Shown here one piece after another: positions 13,222-27,548 of a stretch of 64,000 nt of DNA (positions are counted from its first letter, which is position 1; every line of letters begins with the position of its first letter). The stretch comes from Octopus vulgaris. Taxonomy: Eukaryota. Made by a program: the position numbers and the translations under genes. The DNA is taken from the NCBI GenBank assembly GCA_951406725.2, contig OX597841.1:7502001-7566000 (forward strand), given 5' to 3'. Below the pieces are notes generated by a model. The model saw only the letters and a list, made by a program, of their open reading frames with translations, made no database searches and was not told the origin of the DNA.

Positions 13222-14050
13222 CTCTGCTATAGTCTTGTGCTGACCAATGCCTTGTGAGTGGATTTGGTAGACGGAAACTGAAAGAAGCCTGTCGTATATA
13301 TGTATATATATGTATATGTGTGTGTTTGTCCCCCTAGCATTGCTTGACAATGCTGGTGTGTTTACGTCCTCGTCACTTAGCGGTTTGGCAAAAAGAGACC
13401 GATAGAATAAGTACTAGGCTTACAAAGAATAAGTCCTGGGGGTCGATTTCCTCGACTACAGGTGTTACTCCAGCATGGCCGCAGTCAAATGACTGAAACC
13501 AGTAGAAGAGTATATGAATAAAAAATGTGTATACAAACGACATAACGACGACCCGGAGACAGACAGAAGGTCCGTAATCCTTCATCGATTATCGACCAAT
13601 TGGTAATGATTGGTTTCGCACCTTCAACGATAATACGTGTAAGTGGCTGTGTGGTAAGTAGCTTGTTTACCAACCACATGGTTCCGGGTTCAGTCCTACT
13701 GCGTGGCACCTTGGGTTAGTGTCTTCTACTATAGCCTCGGGCCGACCAAAGCATTGTGAGTGGATTTGGTAGACGGAAACTGAAAGAAGCCCGTCGTATA
13801 TATGTATATATATATATATATATGTGTGTGTGTTTGTGTGTCTGTGTTTGTCCCCCCAACATCGCTTGACAACCGATGCTGGTGTGTTTATGTCCCCGTT
13901 ACTTAGCGGTTCGGCAAAAAGAGACCGATAGAATAAGTACTGGGCTTACAAAAGAATAAGTCCCGGGGTCGAGCTGCTCGATTAAAGGCGGTGCTCCAGC
14001 ATGGCCGCAGTGAAATGACTGAAACAAGTAAAAGAGTAAAAGAGTAGAGA
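13222..14050 (+). mobile_element. Two family A SINEs (13222-13511 truncated; 13642-14050 near full length)
   Basis: Family A consensus motifs. Confidence 0.85.
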
Positions 14051-14234
14051 GTTATGTTCATTTATACATACGTATGTGTGCGTGTGCGCGTGTTTGTGCA
14101 CGCGTAGTGTGTGGATGTGTGTGTGTTTGCAAATGTGTAAATATATGTGTGTCTGTGTTTGTCCCCTAATATTGTTTCACAACCGGTTTGTCGTGTTCAC
14201 GTGCCCATAAGGTAGTGGTTCGATATAAGAGACC

Positions 14235-14833
14235 AAAGGCGGCGAGCTGGCAGAGTGGTTAGCACGCCGGGCGAAATGCTTAGTGGTATTTCGTCTGCCG
14301 CTACGTTCTGAGTTCAAATTCCGCCGGGGTAGACTTTGCCTTTCATCCTTTCGGGGTCGATTAAATAAGTACCAGTTACGCACTGGGGTTGATGTAATCG
14401 ACTTAATCCGTTTGTCTGTCCTTGTTTGTCCTCTCTGTGTTTAGCCCCTTGTGGGTAGTAAAGAAACAGGTATTTTGTCTGCCATTACGTTCTGAGTTCA
14501 AATTCCGCCGAGGTCAACTTTGCCTTTCATCCTTTCGGGGTCGATAAATTAAGTACTAGTTACGCACTGGGGTCGATGTAATCGACTTGATCCGTTTGTC
14601 TGTTCTTGTTTGTCCCCTCTGTGTTTAGCCCCTTGTGGGTAGTAAAGAAACAGGTATTTCGTCTGCCGTACGTTCTGAGTTCAAATTCTGCTGAGGTCGA
14701 CTTTGCCTTTCATCCTTTCGGGGTCGATTAAATAAGTACCAGTTACGCACTGGGGTTGATGTAATCAACTTAATCCGTTTGTCTGTCCTTGTTTGTCCTC
14801 TGTGTTTAGCCCCTTGTGGGTAGTAAAGAAATA
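14235..14833 (+). mobile_element. Family B SINE trimer with 13-bp TSD, inside an old family A SINE
   Basis: GATATAAGAGACC at 14222-14234 and 14834-14846; one full head followed by two head-truncated units. Confidence 0.85.
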
Positions 14834-15223
14834 GATATAAGAGACCGATTACAAGAAAGCAAATATTGCGGTCGATTCATTCGACTAGGATTCTCCAAGG
14901 CGGTGCCCCAGCACGGCCGTGGACTAATGGCCGCAGCAACTAAAATATAAAGGTCATATCCAAGTTTCCTTGTAGTACATCAATAACTTTCCCCGTCGAC
15001 CGACCATCACAGTGCCTTGACTTTGGTTCACTCAACCATTTCCTGAAATCCATATTGACAGTTTAGTGACAAAGCACACCACCCAGAATCCCGATGACTT
15101 CCGGATTCGTGAAAACGATGGCACAGCTTAATCTAACTTTCTACGTTGGGTGAATAGCACGAGGCGTTTGATTAGGGAACTATTGAGCACAGTGTTATTT
15201 AACGGAAAGAAAACGTTTTTGAA

Positions 15224-15868
15224 CCCTTTAGCATTCAGTTTACTCTGTCAAATGTATTTATTTCTTTATTAACCACAAGGGGCAAAACATAGAGGGGACA
15301 AACAAGGACAGACAAAGTGATTAAGTTGATTACATCGACACCAGTGCGAAACTGGTACTTTATTTATCGACCCCGAAAGGATGAAAGGCAAAGTCAACCT
15401 CGGTAGAATTTGAACTTAGAACGTAACGGCAGACGAAATACCTATTTCTTTATTACCCACAAGGGGCTAAACATAGAGGGGACAAACAAGGACAGACAAA
15501 GTGATTAAGTTGATTACATCAACCCCAGTGCGTAACTGGTACTTGAATTTATCGACCTCGAAAGGATGAAAGGCAAAGTCGACCTCGGCGGAATTTGAAC
15601 TCAGAACGTAACGACAGATGAAATACCGCTAAGCATTTCGCCCGGCGCGCTAACGCTTCTGCCAGCTTCTGTCAAATGTATTGCTTATCTATTCACACTG
15701 TCTTGAACTTATGATACATTGTCTTGCAGCTTCAAGGTTTCGATAATATGATTGTTTATTTTCAGAATGACATTGTAGAGTAGGTGTGAGAGGCTTGACA
15801 CTGACCAGTTTGAACATATTGCTAGTAGAATATATAGGCCTGGTATGACCTGTTTGAACACTAAAGGG
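15224..15868. mobile_element. piggyBac-like MITE containing a family B SINE dimer (15259-15667, minus)
   Basis: Ends CCCTTTAG...CTAAAGGG, TTAA on right and TGAA on left; dimer flanked by TCTGTCAAATGTATT TSD. Confidence 0.7.
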
Positions 15869-15973
15869 TTAAATAAGGTATATGGACCCTACAAGACCAA
15901 TGCTAAAAATAAGCGTAAAGAGTTGAGCCACTGGCTCCATGTTAATGAAAATACACACACACACATGTATATA

Positions 15974-16856
15974 TACGAGGACTACCCAAAAGCAACAGGA
16001 AAGGTTCTCTGTAGGACAAGCCCATTGTAGTTCAGGCCGTCACCGCTAGAAGCCACTAGATGCGATCACTAGGCATCAATCATCTACCGTCAGATGTCGT
16101 CGACTGTGTTCATACTGTCACGTGGTACGTCTTTTGTGTTGCGGTGCTTCTTCCGTGTTCGTCGATTTTCGCGATGGCTGAAACGAAGGAACAGTTTGCT
16201 TCCGTGGAACTCTGTTTTCTGCTTGGGGAAAAAACGGTGGCCGAAACAGTTGTCATGCCTCAAACAGCTTAGAAGGACGCTGCCATGATGCCACGAGGAA
16301 AACAGGTTTACGAGTGGTGGTCACTTTTCGCTTGAAGACCAATCTCGTTCGACCTCCCGAACGCATGCAAAAATCACGAAAATCCATGAACTGATATCGG
16401 AAAACCGTCGCCGAACGATTGACGAGCTTGTTGATATGACTGGTGTGTTCTGGAGCCCCCTGTCAAAGAATTTTGAGTGAATGAAAAGCGTTGCATCAAA
16501 ATTTGTGCCTCGCTTGGTCACGGAAGATCAAATGCAGTCACGACTGAATGCCTGTCGTGAACTGAAAGAACAATTGGAAGTTGTTCAGGTCCTATTATCG
16601 ATGGTCATCACTGGTGAGGAAAACTGGTGCAACGGAATTTGCAGATGTGGAAGAGGTGAAGAAAAAAACGACTGAGGCATTAAAAGGAATCACTTCGCAA
16701 GAGTTCCTGGACTGCTTCGAACAATGGAAAACGCGTCTGGAAAGATGATGCCTTGCTTCCAACTGAGAATACTTGGAAGGCGATAGAAGTGTAGACATGA
16801 ATCTCTAAGTGAATAAAAAAATATTGCAGAATTCTGGTTTCCTTTGAGTGCCCCAT
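15974..16856 (+). pseudogene. Internally deleted mariner transposon
   Basis: TACGAGG terminus; MAETKEQ..CFLLG, VASKFVPRLVTEDQ, VITGEENW, then a jump to C-terminal FEQWKTRLER..EYLEG. Confidence 0.8.
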
Positions 16857-16889
16857 TGCATATGTTTATATATGTATATAGATTCGTTG

Positions 16890-17480
16890 TTTCTGACTTT
16901 GGACAGCGGCCATGCTGGAGCACCGCCTTTAATCGAGCAACACGACCCCGGGACTTATCCTTTTGTAAGCCCAGTACTTATTATATCGGTCCCTTTTGCC
17001 GAACCGCTAAGTAACGGGGACGTAAACACACCAGCATCGGTTGTCAAGCAATGCTAGGGGGACAAACACAGACACACAAACACACACACACACACATACA
17101 TATATACATACATATATACGACAGGCTTCTTTCAGTTTTCGTCTACCAAATCCACTCACAAGGCTTTGGTCGGCCCGGGGCTATAGCAGAAGACACTTGC
17201 CCAAGATGCCACGCAGTGGGACTGAACCCGGAACCATGTGGTTGGTTAGCAAGCTACTTACCACACAGCCACTCCTGCATGTTTATATATGTATATAAAT
17301 TCTTTGTTTCTGACTTTGGACAGCGGCCATGCTGGAGCACCACCTTATATGGTGTTTGGTCGAATACATCGACCTCAGGATTTATTCTTTGTAAGCATAG
17401 TGCTTATTCTATCGGTCTCTTTTGCGGAACCGCTAAGTGACGGAGACGTAAACACACCAGCATCGGTTGTCAAGCGATAG
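16890..17480 (-). mobile_element. Family A SINE plus duplicated 3' half
   Basis: Both begin TGTTTCTGACTTTGGACAGCGGCCATGCTGGAGCACC (16888, 17305). Confidence 0.85.
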
Positions 17481-17531
17481 TGGTGAGACAGTCTCAAAGA
17501 CTCACACATACACACACACATACACACACGC

Positions 17532-17567
<36 letters not shown>

Positions 17568-17592
17568 GCGCGCACACACACATACACACACA

Positions 17593-17880
17593 CAGAACGT
17601 CTCCTCGACCAACGACCGATTTCCGTTCCGGTCGTAAGTCGATCTGGTCGTATGTCGGATTTATGTTTTTCAACACTATTTTCCTTCAAACACAACTGAT
17701 ACTTGAAAGCGGCTGAGAGACAGTGGTAGGCAGGGGATGCTTGGGACTGAGGGGAGGGGCCTGCCTTGCCGGATGCTGACATAGTTATCGTACGCGCACC
17801 TGTCCAATGTCCGAAAATAGATTATTCATATATCTAATTTTTTACTTTGTTAGTATAGACGGTCGTAAGTCGAGAAGGTG
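17593..17880. mobile_element. Degenerate pogo/Tigger-like MITE
   Basis: Imperfect TIRs CTCGACCAACGACC / GGTCGTAAGTCGAG with subterminal GGTCGTAAGTCGA repeats. Confidence 0.45.
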
Positions 17881-17943
<63 letters not shown>

Positions 17944-17945
<2 letters not shown>

Positions 17946-18164
17946 TTGTGAGTGTTTATTGAGCGAAAACAACTAAAGCTCCACGAGGCTCCCGCAGGGG
18001 GTGGTGGTGATCCTGCTGTACTCTTTCGCTGCAACTTTCACTCTTTCTTCTGTTGGCATGCTCGCTTAGCCAGCGGGTTGGTGTCATTTGAAGGCTAAAA
18101 CAATGCAAAGCGCATTGTGACCAGTGATGTGTAGCAACATCTGATAGTCTGGTCGGTCACGGTG
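17944..18164 (+). mobile_element. 5'-truncated SINE sharing its body with family C but with a different tail
   Basis: CGTTGTGAGTGTTTATTGAG..GCTCCACGAGGCTCC matches 44328-44430, then diverges. Confidence 0.75.
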
Positions 18165-18242
<78 letters not shown>

Positions 18243-18576
18243 TGTATATATAATTTCAAAATAAGGTGATTAGAATCAAAATAAGCAACAAGGATATCCA
18301 GAGGTAATGCAGTACGATCGTTTCGCACAACTTCATTTAATTGAAGAATATATACGACATGCTTCTTTCAGTTTCTGTCTCCCAAATCCACTCTCAAGGC
18401 TTAGGTCGGCCCAAGGCTATAGCAGAAGATACTTGCCCAAGGAACCACGCAGTGGAAATGAACCCGGAACCATGTGGTTGAGAAGCAAGCTTCTTACCAC
18501 ACACCCACTCCTAGGAACATGCAAATACATACATACACAAACATATATACGTATACACACGAACCTGTATACATAC

Positions 18577-18726
<150 letters not shown>

Positions 18727-18727
18727 C

Positions 18728-18844
<117 letters not shown>

Positions 18845-19435
18845 TATATTCATAATGTACATACAAATACAACACGTGCGCGCGCATCTGTATAGACGTT
18901 ACTCCTTAGTCAGCCAGATAATAAATACCCAGGTGGCTTACCCACCCGCCCGTCTACCCGTTTAAACGCCTCCTGCATTCATCCCTTATACACCCTCTTG
19001 TGTTACTTGGCTATTAATCCACAGGTGTGTATATTCTCAACTTCCCCTTTCATCAACGACGCTCTTCAGCCGACGCGCAACCAATCAAGCATCCACATTT
19101 CCATCGAATTCATTAGGCTCTGCTCTGTTGTTGTTGTGGCTGTTGTTGTGGTTGTTGTTGTGGTTGTTGTTGTTGTTGTTGTGGTTGTTGTGGTTGTTGT
19201 TGTGGTTGTTGTGGTTGTTGTTGTTGTTGTTGTTGTTGAGGTTGTTGTGGTTGTTGTGGTTGTGGCTGTTGTTGCTGTTCTGGTTTGTCGTTGTGGTTGT
19301 TGTTGTTGTGGTTGTTGTTGGTGTTGTTGTGGTTGTTCTGGTTGTTGTTGTTGTTGTTATTTGTGGTTATTTTGTTGTGGTTGCTTACGTTGTTCTTGTT
19401 GCTGTTGTTGTGGTTGTTGTTGTTGTTGTTGTTGT

Positions 19436-19650
19436 TGAACTGTTACCGGATTGGACAAAATGCTTAGCGGCATTTCTTTCAGATTTACGTTCTGAGTTCA
19501 AATTCCACCGGGGTCATCTTTGCATTTCCTCCGTTTCGGGGTCGATAAACAATAATTACCTGTCAAGCACGGCGACGGAGGGAGAATCGATGTAAAATGG
19601 CAAAGCACTTCCCCCCCGCAAAATTTCAGGTTTTATTCTCATGTTAGACA
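19436..19650 (+). mobile_element. Old family B SINE next to a (GTT)n tract
   Basis: CGTTCTGAGTTCAAATTCC..GGGTCGATAAA..AAATTTCAGG. Confidence 0.7.
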
Positions 19651-19841
19651 AGTTTGCAGAAAAAAGTCCCCTGGGCCCTTTATTTCTTTTGTCAGCGTAA
19701 ATAGAAAACAGAGTGAAACTAATTTTCAATTGTTCTGTAGAATGAGATTTCAAGTTTCGTCTTTCGGTTCATTCAACCACTATGTAACGAATGTATATAA
19801 AATTATGAAATATAAAACCGGCCACTATAAGTTTCCACTTC

Positions 19842-19901
<60 letters not shown>

Positions 19902-20075
19902 TGAGGGGACAAACGAAAGAAGGGCACTCAGCTAATTTATTGGATGTTACTTGTATGGATCAAAACAGTTCGATTCACATTCGTTGCTGACAACTAGCAT
20001 CACTCTTGAAACTCAAGAGTACCAACGGATTTGAATTAATCTGTTTTGATCCATCCATCCATACATACATACATA

Positions 20076-20107
<32 letters not shown>

Positions 20108-20151
20108 AGTGTGTGTGTGTGTATATATGTGTATATATATATATATATATA

Positions 20152-20428
20152 AAGAACAATCTTACTTAGAAATGGATGCGTGCGTTCCGTCATATAATAA
20201 ATTAATAAATAAATAAAACATATGCATATATACATACATATATGTACGTACCTACCTCTACATGTATATATACATGCATATATGGGTACAGGACACCAAA
20301 AAAAACGTCGAACACAATGAGAAACGAAAACATAAACACAAACCCAAGGAAATGGACATTTTTCTTAAACAACGAAAAAATAGAGTACAGGACAAACAGC
20401 ACAAGGAAATTCCCCTTCTTCAGTCGCC
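20152..20428. repeat. TA-flanked interspersed repeat; second copy 36989-37261
   Basis: AAAGAACAATCTTACTTAGAAA...CCCCTTCTTCAGTCGCC near-identical at both sites. Confidence 0.85.
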
Positions 20429-20560
20429 TTTGTGAGATAATGAAGTTCATTACTTAATTACCCTCCCTTTATGATTTAGGATTTATTTGATTTACACGCA
20501 CAAACACGTATGTATGAATGTATATATGTATTTTTTTCTAGTTGTGTATATACGGATATG

Positions 20561-20619
<59 letters not shown>

Positions 20620-20655
20620 TATGTATGTATGCATATATATATAAATATATATGTA

Positions 20656-20696
<41 letters not shown>

Positions 20697-20701
<5 letters not shown>

Positions 20702-20909
20702 ATCCAAACAAGAAAACACAGAAAAAAAGAGAAATAAACACAGCAACGCGAGGACGTGGAACAATTAAAGTATTATTTGACGCTCAGGAAAGAAGGGGAG
20801 GAGGGTTTAACGTTTCGAGCGGAGCTCTTCGTCGGAAACAAGGAGAAGGAAAGATCCCAAGAAGGGAAGACAGAGGAAAAAATATTTTTGCTGGTGGTGC
20901 TCAAGAGAT

Positions 20910-20943
<34 letters not shown>

Positions 20944-21148
20944 GTTAATCCAAACAAGAATACACAAAAAAAACACAACAACGCGAGGACGTGGAACAAA
21001 TATAGTATTATTGGACGCTCAGGAAAGAAGGAGGGTCTAACGTTTCGAGCGGAGCTCTTCGTCGGAAACATAGGAGAAGGAAAGATCCAGAGAAGGGAAG
21101 ACAGAGGAAAAAAAAATCGTCAACGGTACACACGAGGTCACATTTTGA
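20697..21148 (-). mobile_element. Tandem dimer of hammerhead-bearing family H1
   Basis: Motifs at 20805-20839 and 21035-21069 (CCGACGA core), 230 nt apart. Confidence 0.8.
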
Positions 21149-21161
21149 AAGGATATTCATG

Positions 21162-21195
<34 letters not shown>

Positions 21196-21859
21196 TGCGT
21201 GTGTGTATGCATGTATGTATTTATGTGGTGTATGTATGTATGTATGTATGTATGTATGTGTGTATGTTTGTATGTATGTATGTATGTATGTTTGTATGTT
21301 TGTATGTATATATGTATGTATTTATGTGCATGTATGTTTGTATATATGTATGTATGTATGTATGTATGTGTGTGTGTGTGTGCGTATGTATGTAAGTATG
21401 TATGTAAGTATGTATGTATGTATGTATGTATGTGTGTGTATGTATGTATGTATGTGCATGTATGTATATATCAGCATATTGCCCTGAAATGACGCAAGAA
21501 CGATAATGACGATATTAGGAGCATAAAACGGTTTGGCTGAATAGATTATGCCCCGATTTCATGCATGAATTAGCAGGGTTATGGGCGGGTGGATTGGAGG
21601 GGTAGATGTAAGTTGGTGTGCAGGGGGAAGGTAGGGGAGACTGCGCTCGCGCACGTGTGTGTGAGCAGGGTGGAGATGGAGGGTGTGGTTGTGCGTGTAC
21701 ATGTGTGTGTGTGTGTGTGGTTGTGGGTGTGCATAGAGAGATAGTTAAACGGGTAGATAGATGAACGGACAGATAGACAAATAGACGATTCTATTGAGAA
21801 AGACAATGTGGATAGATAGACAGATAGATAGATAAACAGTTAGATAGATAGATAGATAA

Positions 21860-22390
<531 letters not shown>

Positions 22391-22499
22391 GAGAGAGAGT
22401 AAAGAGAGATAGGTAGATAGATAGATGGATGGATGGATGGATGGATGGGGGAAGAAACGGACGGATAGAAAGACAGAGAGACAGATCGATCGATCGATC

Positions 22500-22544
<45 letters not shown>

Positions 22545-22581
22545 AGTGTGAGAGGGGAAAAGAGAAAATATACAGACAGAC

Positions 22582-22635
<54 letters not shown>

Positions 22636-22726
22636 GTGTATATATGTGTGTGTGTGTATAGTCTAGATGTAGGTGTGTATCTCTGTAGAAATGTGTGTCT
22701 CTATATGTGCGTATGGGCACACATAT

Positions 22727-23140
22727 ACGAGGTCTGATCAATAGGTGGCAGCACTGTTGACATAGTAACGAAGCTAAAGCACTTAGTGTGAAGTCGTTGG
22801 GACAGAATGACCTTGAACCCTACAGCGCACGCGCACCTAGATTTAACTGTTTACAGCAGTGCTTGGAAGGAAGGTGTGTAGTGTGTGATCGTCGCATTGA
22901 CCGGGAAAGAGAAAGTTGTCATGACGACACATGCTCGGCTGAGTCCTACGCAAAGTTGCAGAAAGGGAACGGAGAGGAATGTATGAGCTGTCCACGGGTG
23001 TACGAGTGGGTCATATGCTTCCAAGATGGCCGAAAAAAGGTCGATATTGACGAACGTTCTGGAAGGCGTGTCCCCATCAGAAATGAGAAAAACATCGCAG
23101 AAGTGCGTCCGGCTGTGTAGAGAAATTGTCGTTCTTGCGT
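22727..23140 (+). pseudogene. 5' fragment of a mariner transposon
   Basis: TACGAGGTCTGATCAA terminus; EECMSCPRVYEWVICFQDGR..DERSGR HTH region. Confidence 0.7.
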
Positions 23141-23423
23141 CAATTCAGGGCAATATGCTGATTTATACATACATGCACATACATACATACATACACGCAC
23201 ACATACATGCATACACACACACATACATACATACACACATACACACACATACACACATACATATACACATACATACATACATGCACATAAATACATACAA
23301 ACATAAATACATACATACAATCATATATACATACATACATACACACATACACACATACATACATGCAAACATACATACATATAAACATACATACATAAAT
23401 ACATACATACATACACACATACA

Positions 23424-23455
<32 letters not shown>

Positions 23456-23978
23456 AACATACATACATACATACATACATACATACATACAAACATACAT
23501 ACGAACATACATACATACATACATACATACATACATACATACATACAAACATACATACATACATACATACATTCATACATACATACATACTTACATACAT
23601 ACATACATACATACATGCATACATCCATACATACTTACTTACATACATACATACATAATAATAAAGGAAAATTGAGAGTTTGAGCACGGAAGAAATCAAT
23701 ATATTTATATAATACTCTATTTCATATCGATATGAAATTGACAATTACATAAATATATTGATTTCTGTTTTTTTCTGTGTTCGAACTGTCCATTTTCCTT
23801 GTATTGTATTATTAAAATTCTGTTCTTCTCTATCGAATGGATGAAAACATCCATAGCGACATGTCGAACTTCATAAATGCTAACCCCAATACTAACACAG
23901 ATTAATCGATATGGAAGTAAACCGGTGTAGGCTTGGATAAAATACAAACCTGCGAAAAAGCAAGCGCTTTACATTCAA

Positions 23979-24095
<117 letters not shown>

Positions 24096-24126
24096 TATAA
24101 ATATATACATACATACATATATATGC

Positions 24127-24187
<61 letters not shown>

Positions 24188-24256
24188 CATATGCATACAT
24201 ACATATTATATACCGCACAACTATGGTTGTACCTAGCCACACATGTACCAAGCCAC

Positions 24257-24311
<55 letters not shown>

Positions 24312-24346
24312 CATACATATATGTATATATACATGTATATATATAT

Positions 24347-24406
<60 letters not shown>

Positions 24407-24780
24407 GAGCAAAACGCCCTCGTTCAATGGTCGGTGCTGAGTCGTCAAACAGTTAAACTAGATTTTCTCAAAACTTCTCCGACCGTCCCATTTTGTGGCA
24501 TTATTTCAAGCCAACCGTCTTTTTAGTGCACAAATTGCACGTGCCTTTTTCTTGCGTACGCGTGGTATCGATCGCAACAGCTGGTGTACTTGCACGTACA
24601 AATGCACGTTCCCACGGCTTTATCGATCGCATTCTCACCTGGAATCGATTTTTGTAATTCTTTTTCAAAACTTATTCACGCCCTGATACCGTCGGTATCT
24701 ACGTATTAAATTTGAGCGCAATCGGATGGAGGATGCCCGAGATCCTAGAAGACACACACACACACAAACAGAACGGATTT

Positions 24781-24833
<53 letters not shown>

Positions 24834-24839
24834 CATACA

Positions 24840-24931
<92 letters not shown>

Positions 24932-24934
<3 letters not shown>

Positions 24935-25488
24935 AATAGTAAAAAGTGTAAAAACTACAGAAGGCTTGTTTTAAAAGGTTACAAAATATATATTTGAGTC
25001 ATTATGTCTGAAGAATGTTATAAATTTTTTCATAGAAATGAGGAAATGACCGGTTTCGCGTTCAGCTTTTCAAATTTCTTACATCGTTATGTTTACGTTG
25101 AGAAGTGTCCATCGAAAGAGAGTTCCAGATAAGGGGAGGTAATAAGTGATTTCTTCCGGTGTAAGGGAGATAATCGCTTAATATTTCTTGCCTTTTTTTT
25201 TGGGACCGTGAGTTTCTATGTATAAGAATGTTGGAATGGTTAAGTTTGGGCTTGTATTTTTCAATGAAGAATGTTTCCTTGTTTAGTCTAATTTGTGTTG
25301 GCGTTCCGATAGCACATTGGTAAAAAAATGGAAAGATTAAAAATTGTGGTAGTAGTTGCTTTGCGCATTCCTCAATGTGCTCACTAGGGTATCATTCTGT
25401 ATTCTGGGAATGCAATCTGTTGTCGATCATTTTACTTTTTACTATTTTCTATATATTCAACCACGTGCTTTCACACACCAATTTCTCA

Positions 25489-25490
<2 letters not shown>
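24932..25490 (-). mobile_element. Penelope-like retroelement 3' fragment (GIY-YIG C-terminus plus terminal region)
   Basis: 25425-25240 rc translates RQQIAFPEYRMI/SEHIEECAKQLLPQFLIFPFFYQ..IRLNKETFFIEKYKPKLN; TA-flanked. Confidence 0.7.
25043..25078 (-). ncRNA. Minimal hammerhead with U3:A8 core downstream of the Penelope ORF remnant
   Basis: GAAAU-UUGAAAA-GC(ugaac)GC-GAA-ACCGGU-C/AUUUC. Confidence 0.65.
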
Positions 25491-25554
<64 letters not shown>

Positions 25555-25555
<1 letters not shown>

Positions 25556-25905
25556 ACAGAACTGGTTGTCAAAATGCAATTTTAAAAGATGTCTATTTAC
25601 TTGACCGGTTTAAGAACACTTTCCTAGGGAAAAAGGATTGTCAAAAATCAAAATATTGGGCACAAAAGCTTGGTTGTGTTAGGAACTGGTTGTCACAAAA
25701 TATTACAATATACATAAACATTCTTTGATAATAGGAACATGTTAAGAACAGTTTACAAGGGAAAATCTTAGGAAATTATAAAAAAAGTTTAACAAGCTCA
25801 TTAAAATATTGGGCACAAAAGATTACAATATAAATATACATTCTTAAGAAAATGTTAAAGACAGTTTCCAGAAAGAATTTATTTAAAAGTTCAGTGGAAT
25901 ATTGG
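25555..25905 (-). mobile_element. AT-rich element homologous to 59060-59360, with decayed UUGACAA hammerhead
   Basis: Shares AACCGGT.AAGTAAATA.ACATCTTTT and AATCTTTTGTGCCCAATATTTT with the 59 kb copy. Confidence 0.65.
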
Positions 25906-25932
25906 TATTGTATCTGTATATTCTTTCTTTTC

Positions 25933-26338
25933 TCTTTTTACTTGTTTCAGTCATTGACTGCGGCCATGCTGGAGCACCGCCTTTAGTCGAGCAAATCGAC
26001 CCCGGGACCTATTCTTTAGTAAGCCCAGTACTTATTCTATCGGTCTCTTTTGCCGAACCGCTAAGTGACGGGGACGTAAACACACCAGCATCGGTTGTCA
26101 AACAATGCTAGGGGGACAAACACAGACACACAAACATATACACACACATACATATATATAGTTATACATATATACGACAGGCTTCTTTCAGTTTCCGTCT
26201 ACCAAATCCACTCACAAGGCTTTGGTTGGCCCGAGGCTATAGTAGAAGACACTTGCCCAAGATGCCACGCAGTGGGACTGAACCCGGAACCATGTGGTTG
26301 GTAGACAAGCTACTTACCACACAGCCACTCCTGCGCCT
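25933..26338 (-). mobile_element. SINE family A, full length
   Basis: Family A consensus. Confidence 0.9.
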
Positions 26339-26855
26339 ATATACACTGAAAATTATAAGTTCAAAAAAGTTTACATTTTTGTAGTAGGGTAGTTTGAAGC
26401 TACCCTACTACTAAAATGTAGGTTTTTTGGAAGAAAGCAAGCGAATGTATGCGAAAAGAAGGACGAAAAAAACCGAGAGAAATGGTACACAGATACAAAT
26501 AAAAACAACAGGACATGAACAACAGGTGACTTTCGACAAAGGACGACTTAAATTAAGCTGACGTGTGGAAGTGAAGCCTTGTACATTCATATATATATAT
26601 ACGTACATAAAACAGTAGGGTGTGATTTGAGGACTATTGGGTGTTATTTCTGTTACCTCTAGCTACTATAAGCAGGTCTTCTTCGTTGGGAGTTAGAACA
26701 GAACCTAGTTTATGCATGCTTGGGCGGCGTGCTGTGTGTGTGTGTGTGTGTGTGTGTGTGCTATGTGTGCGTGCGGTCATGATTAAATGTGATATAATAA
26801 TTGAATGAGCGTGTGTAGATGTACCTATGCACACATCTAATGTATCATTATATAA

Positions 26856-26894
<39 letters not shown>

Positions 26895-27083
26895 AAGACG
26901 GTGGAACGAAAAAGCTAAGATTAGTAAACATAATAGAGAAACTGCTGACGTCATACCACACCCACTCGCAGGTGAGCACACCTGTACTCACCTGAATAGA
27001 GGGTGTATATGAAAAGGCAACAATAGCATATATATGTATGCATAGATTTAAATGAACGTAGACACGCATCTCGGTATGTATAA

Positions 27084-27174
<91 letters not shown>

Positions 27175-27396
27175 TACATACAAAACAAGGTTTGAATGTA
27201 GGTTTATTTACACGCAAACATACGGAAATATATGTGAAATTGGGTCTATTATATGTCGTGCGGAAAGTATTTAATATATAAATGCAGGTATTGATGTGAA
27301 TACATATGATATGAATAAATATATATACACAAACACATATATCCAGACACGTATACACTCGCTTACACATTTACGTATGTAAAGCTGTATACATTC

Positions 27397-27510
<114 letters not shown>

Positions 27511-27513
27511 TAT

Positions 27514-27548
<35 letters not shown>

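Noticed and set aside
20542-21492. Longest ORF (316 aa) and the many YI/HT/VC/N/I-repeat ORFs
   Set aside because: Translations of microsatellites and non-coding repeats that lack stop codons by composition.
23822-23870. Hairpin ATGGATG/CATCCAT with ACATGTC; also rc GAAACGAUCGUA at 18312-18324
   Set aside because: No recognisable 7-nt catalytic core in either case.
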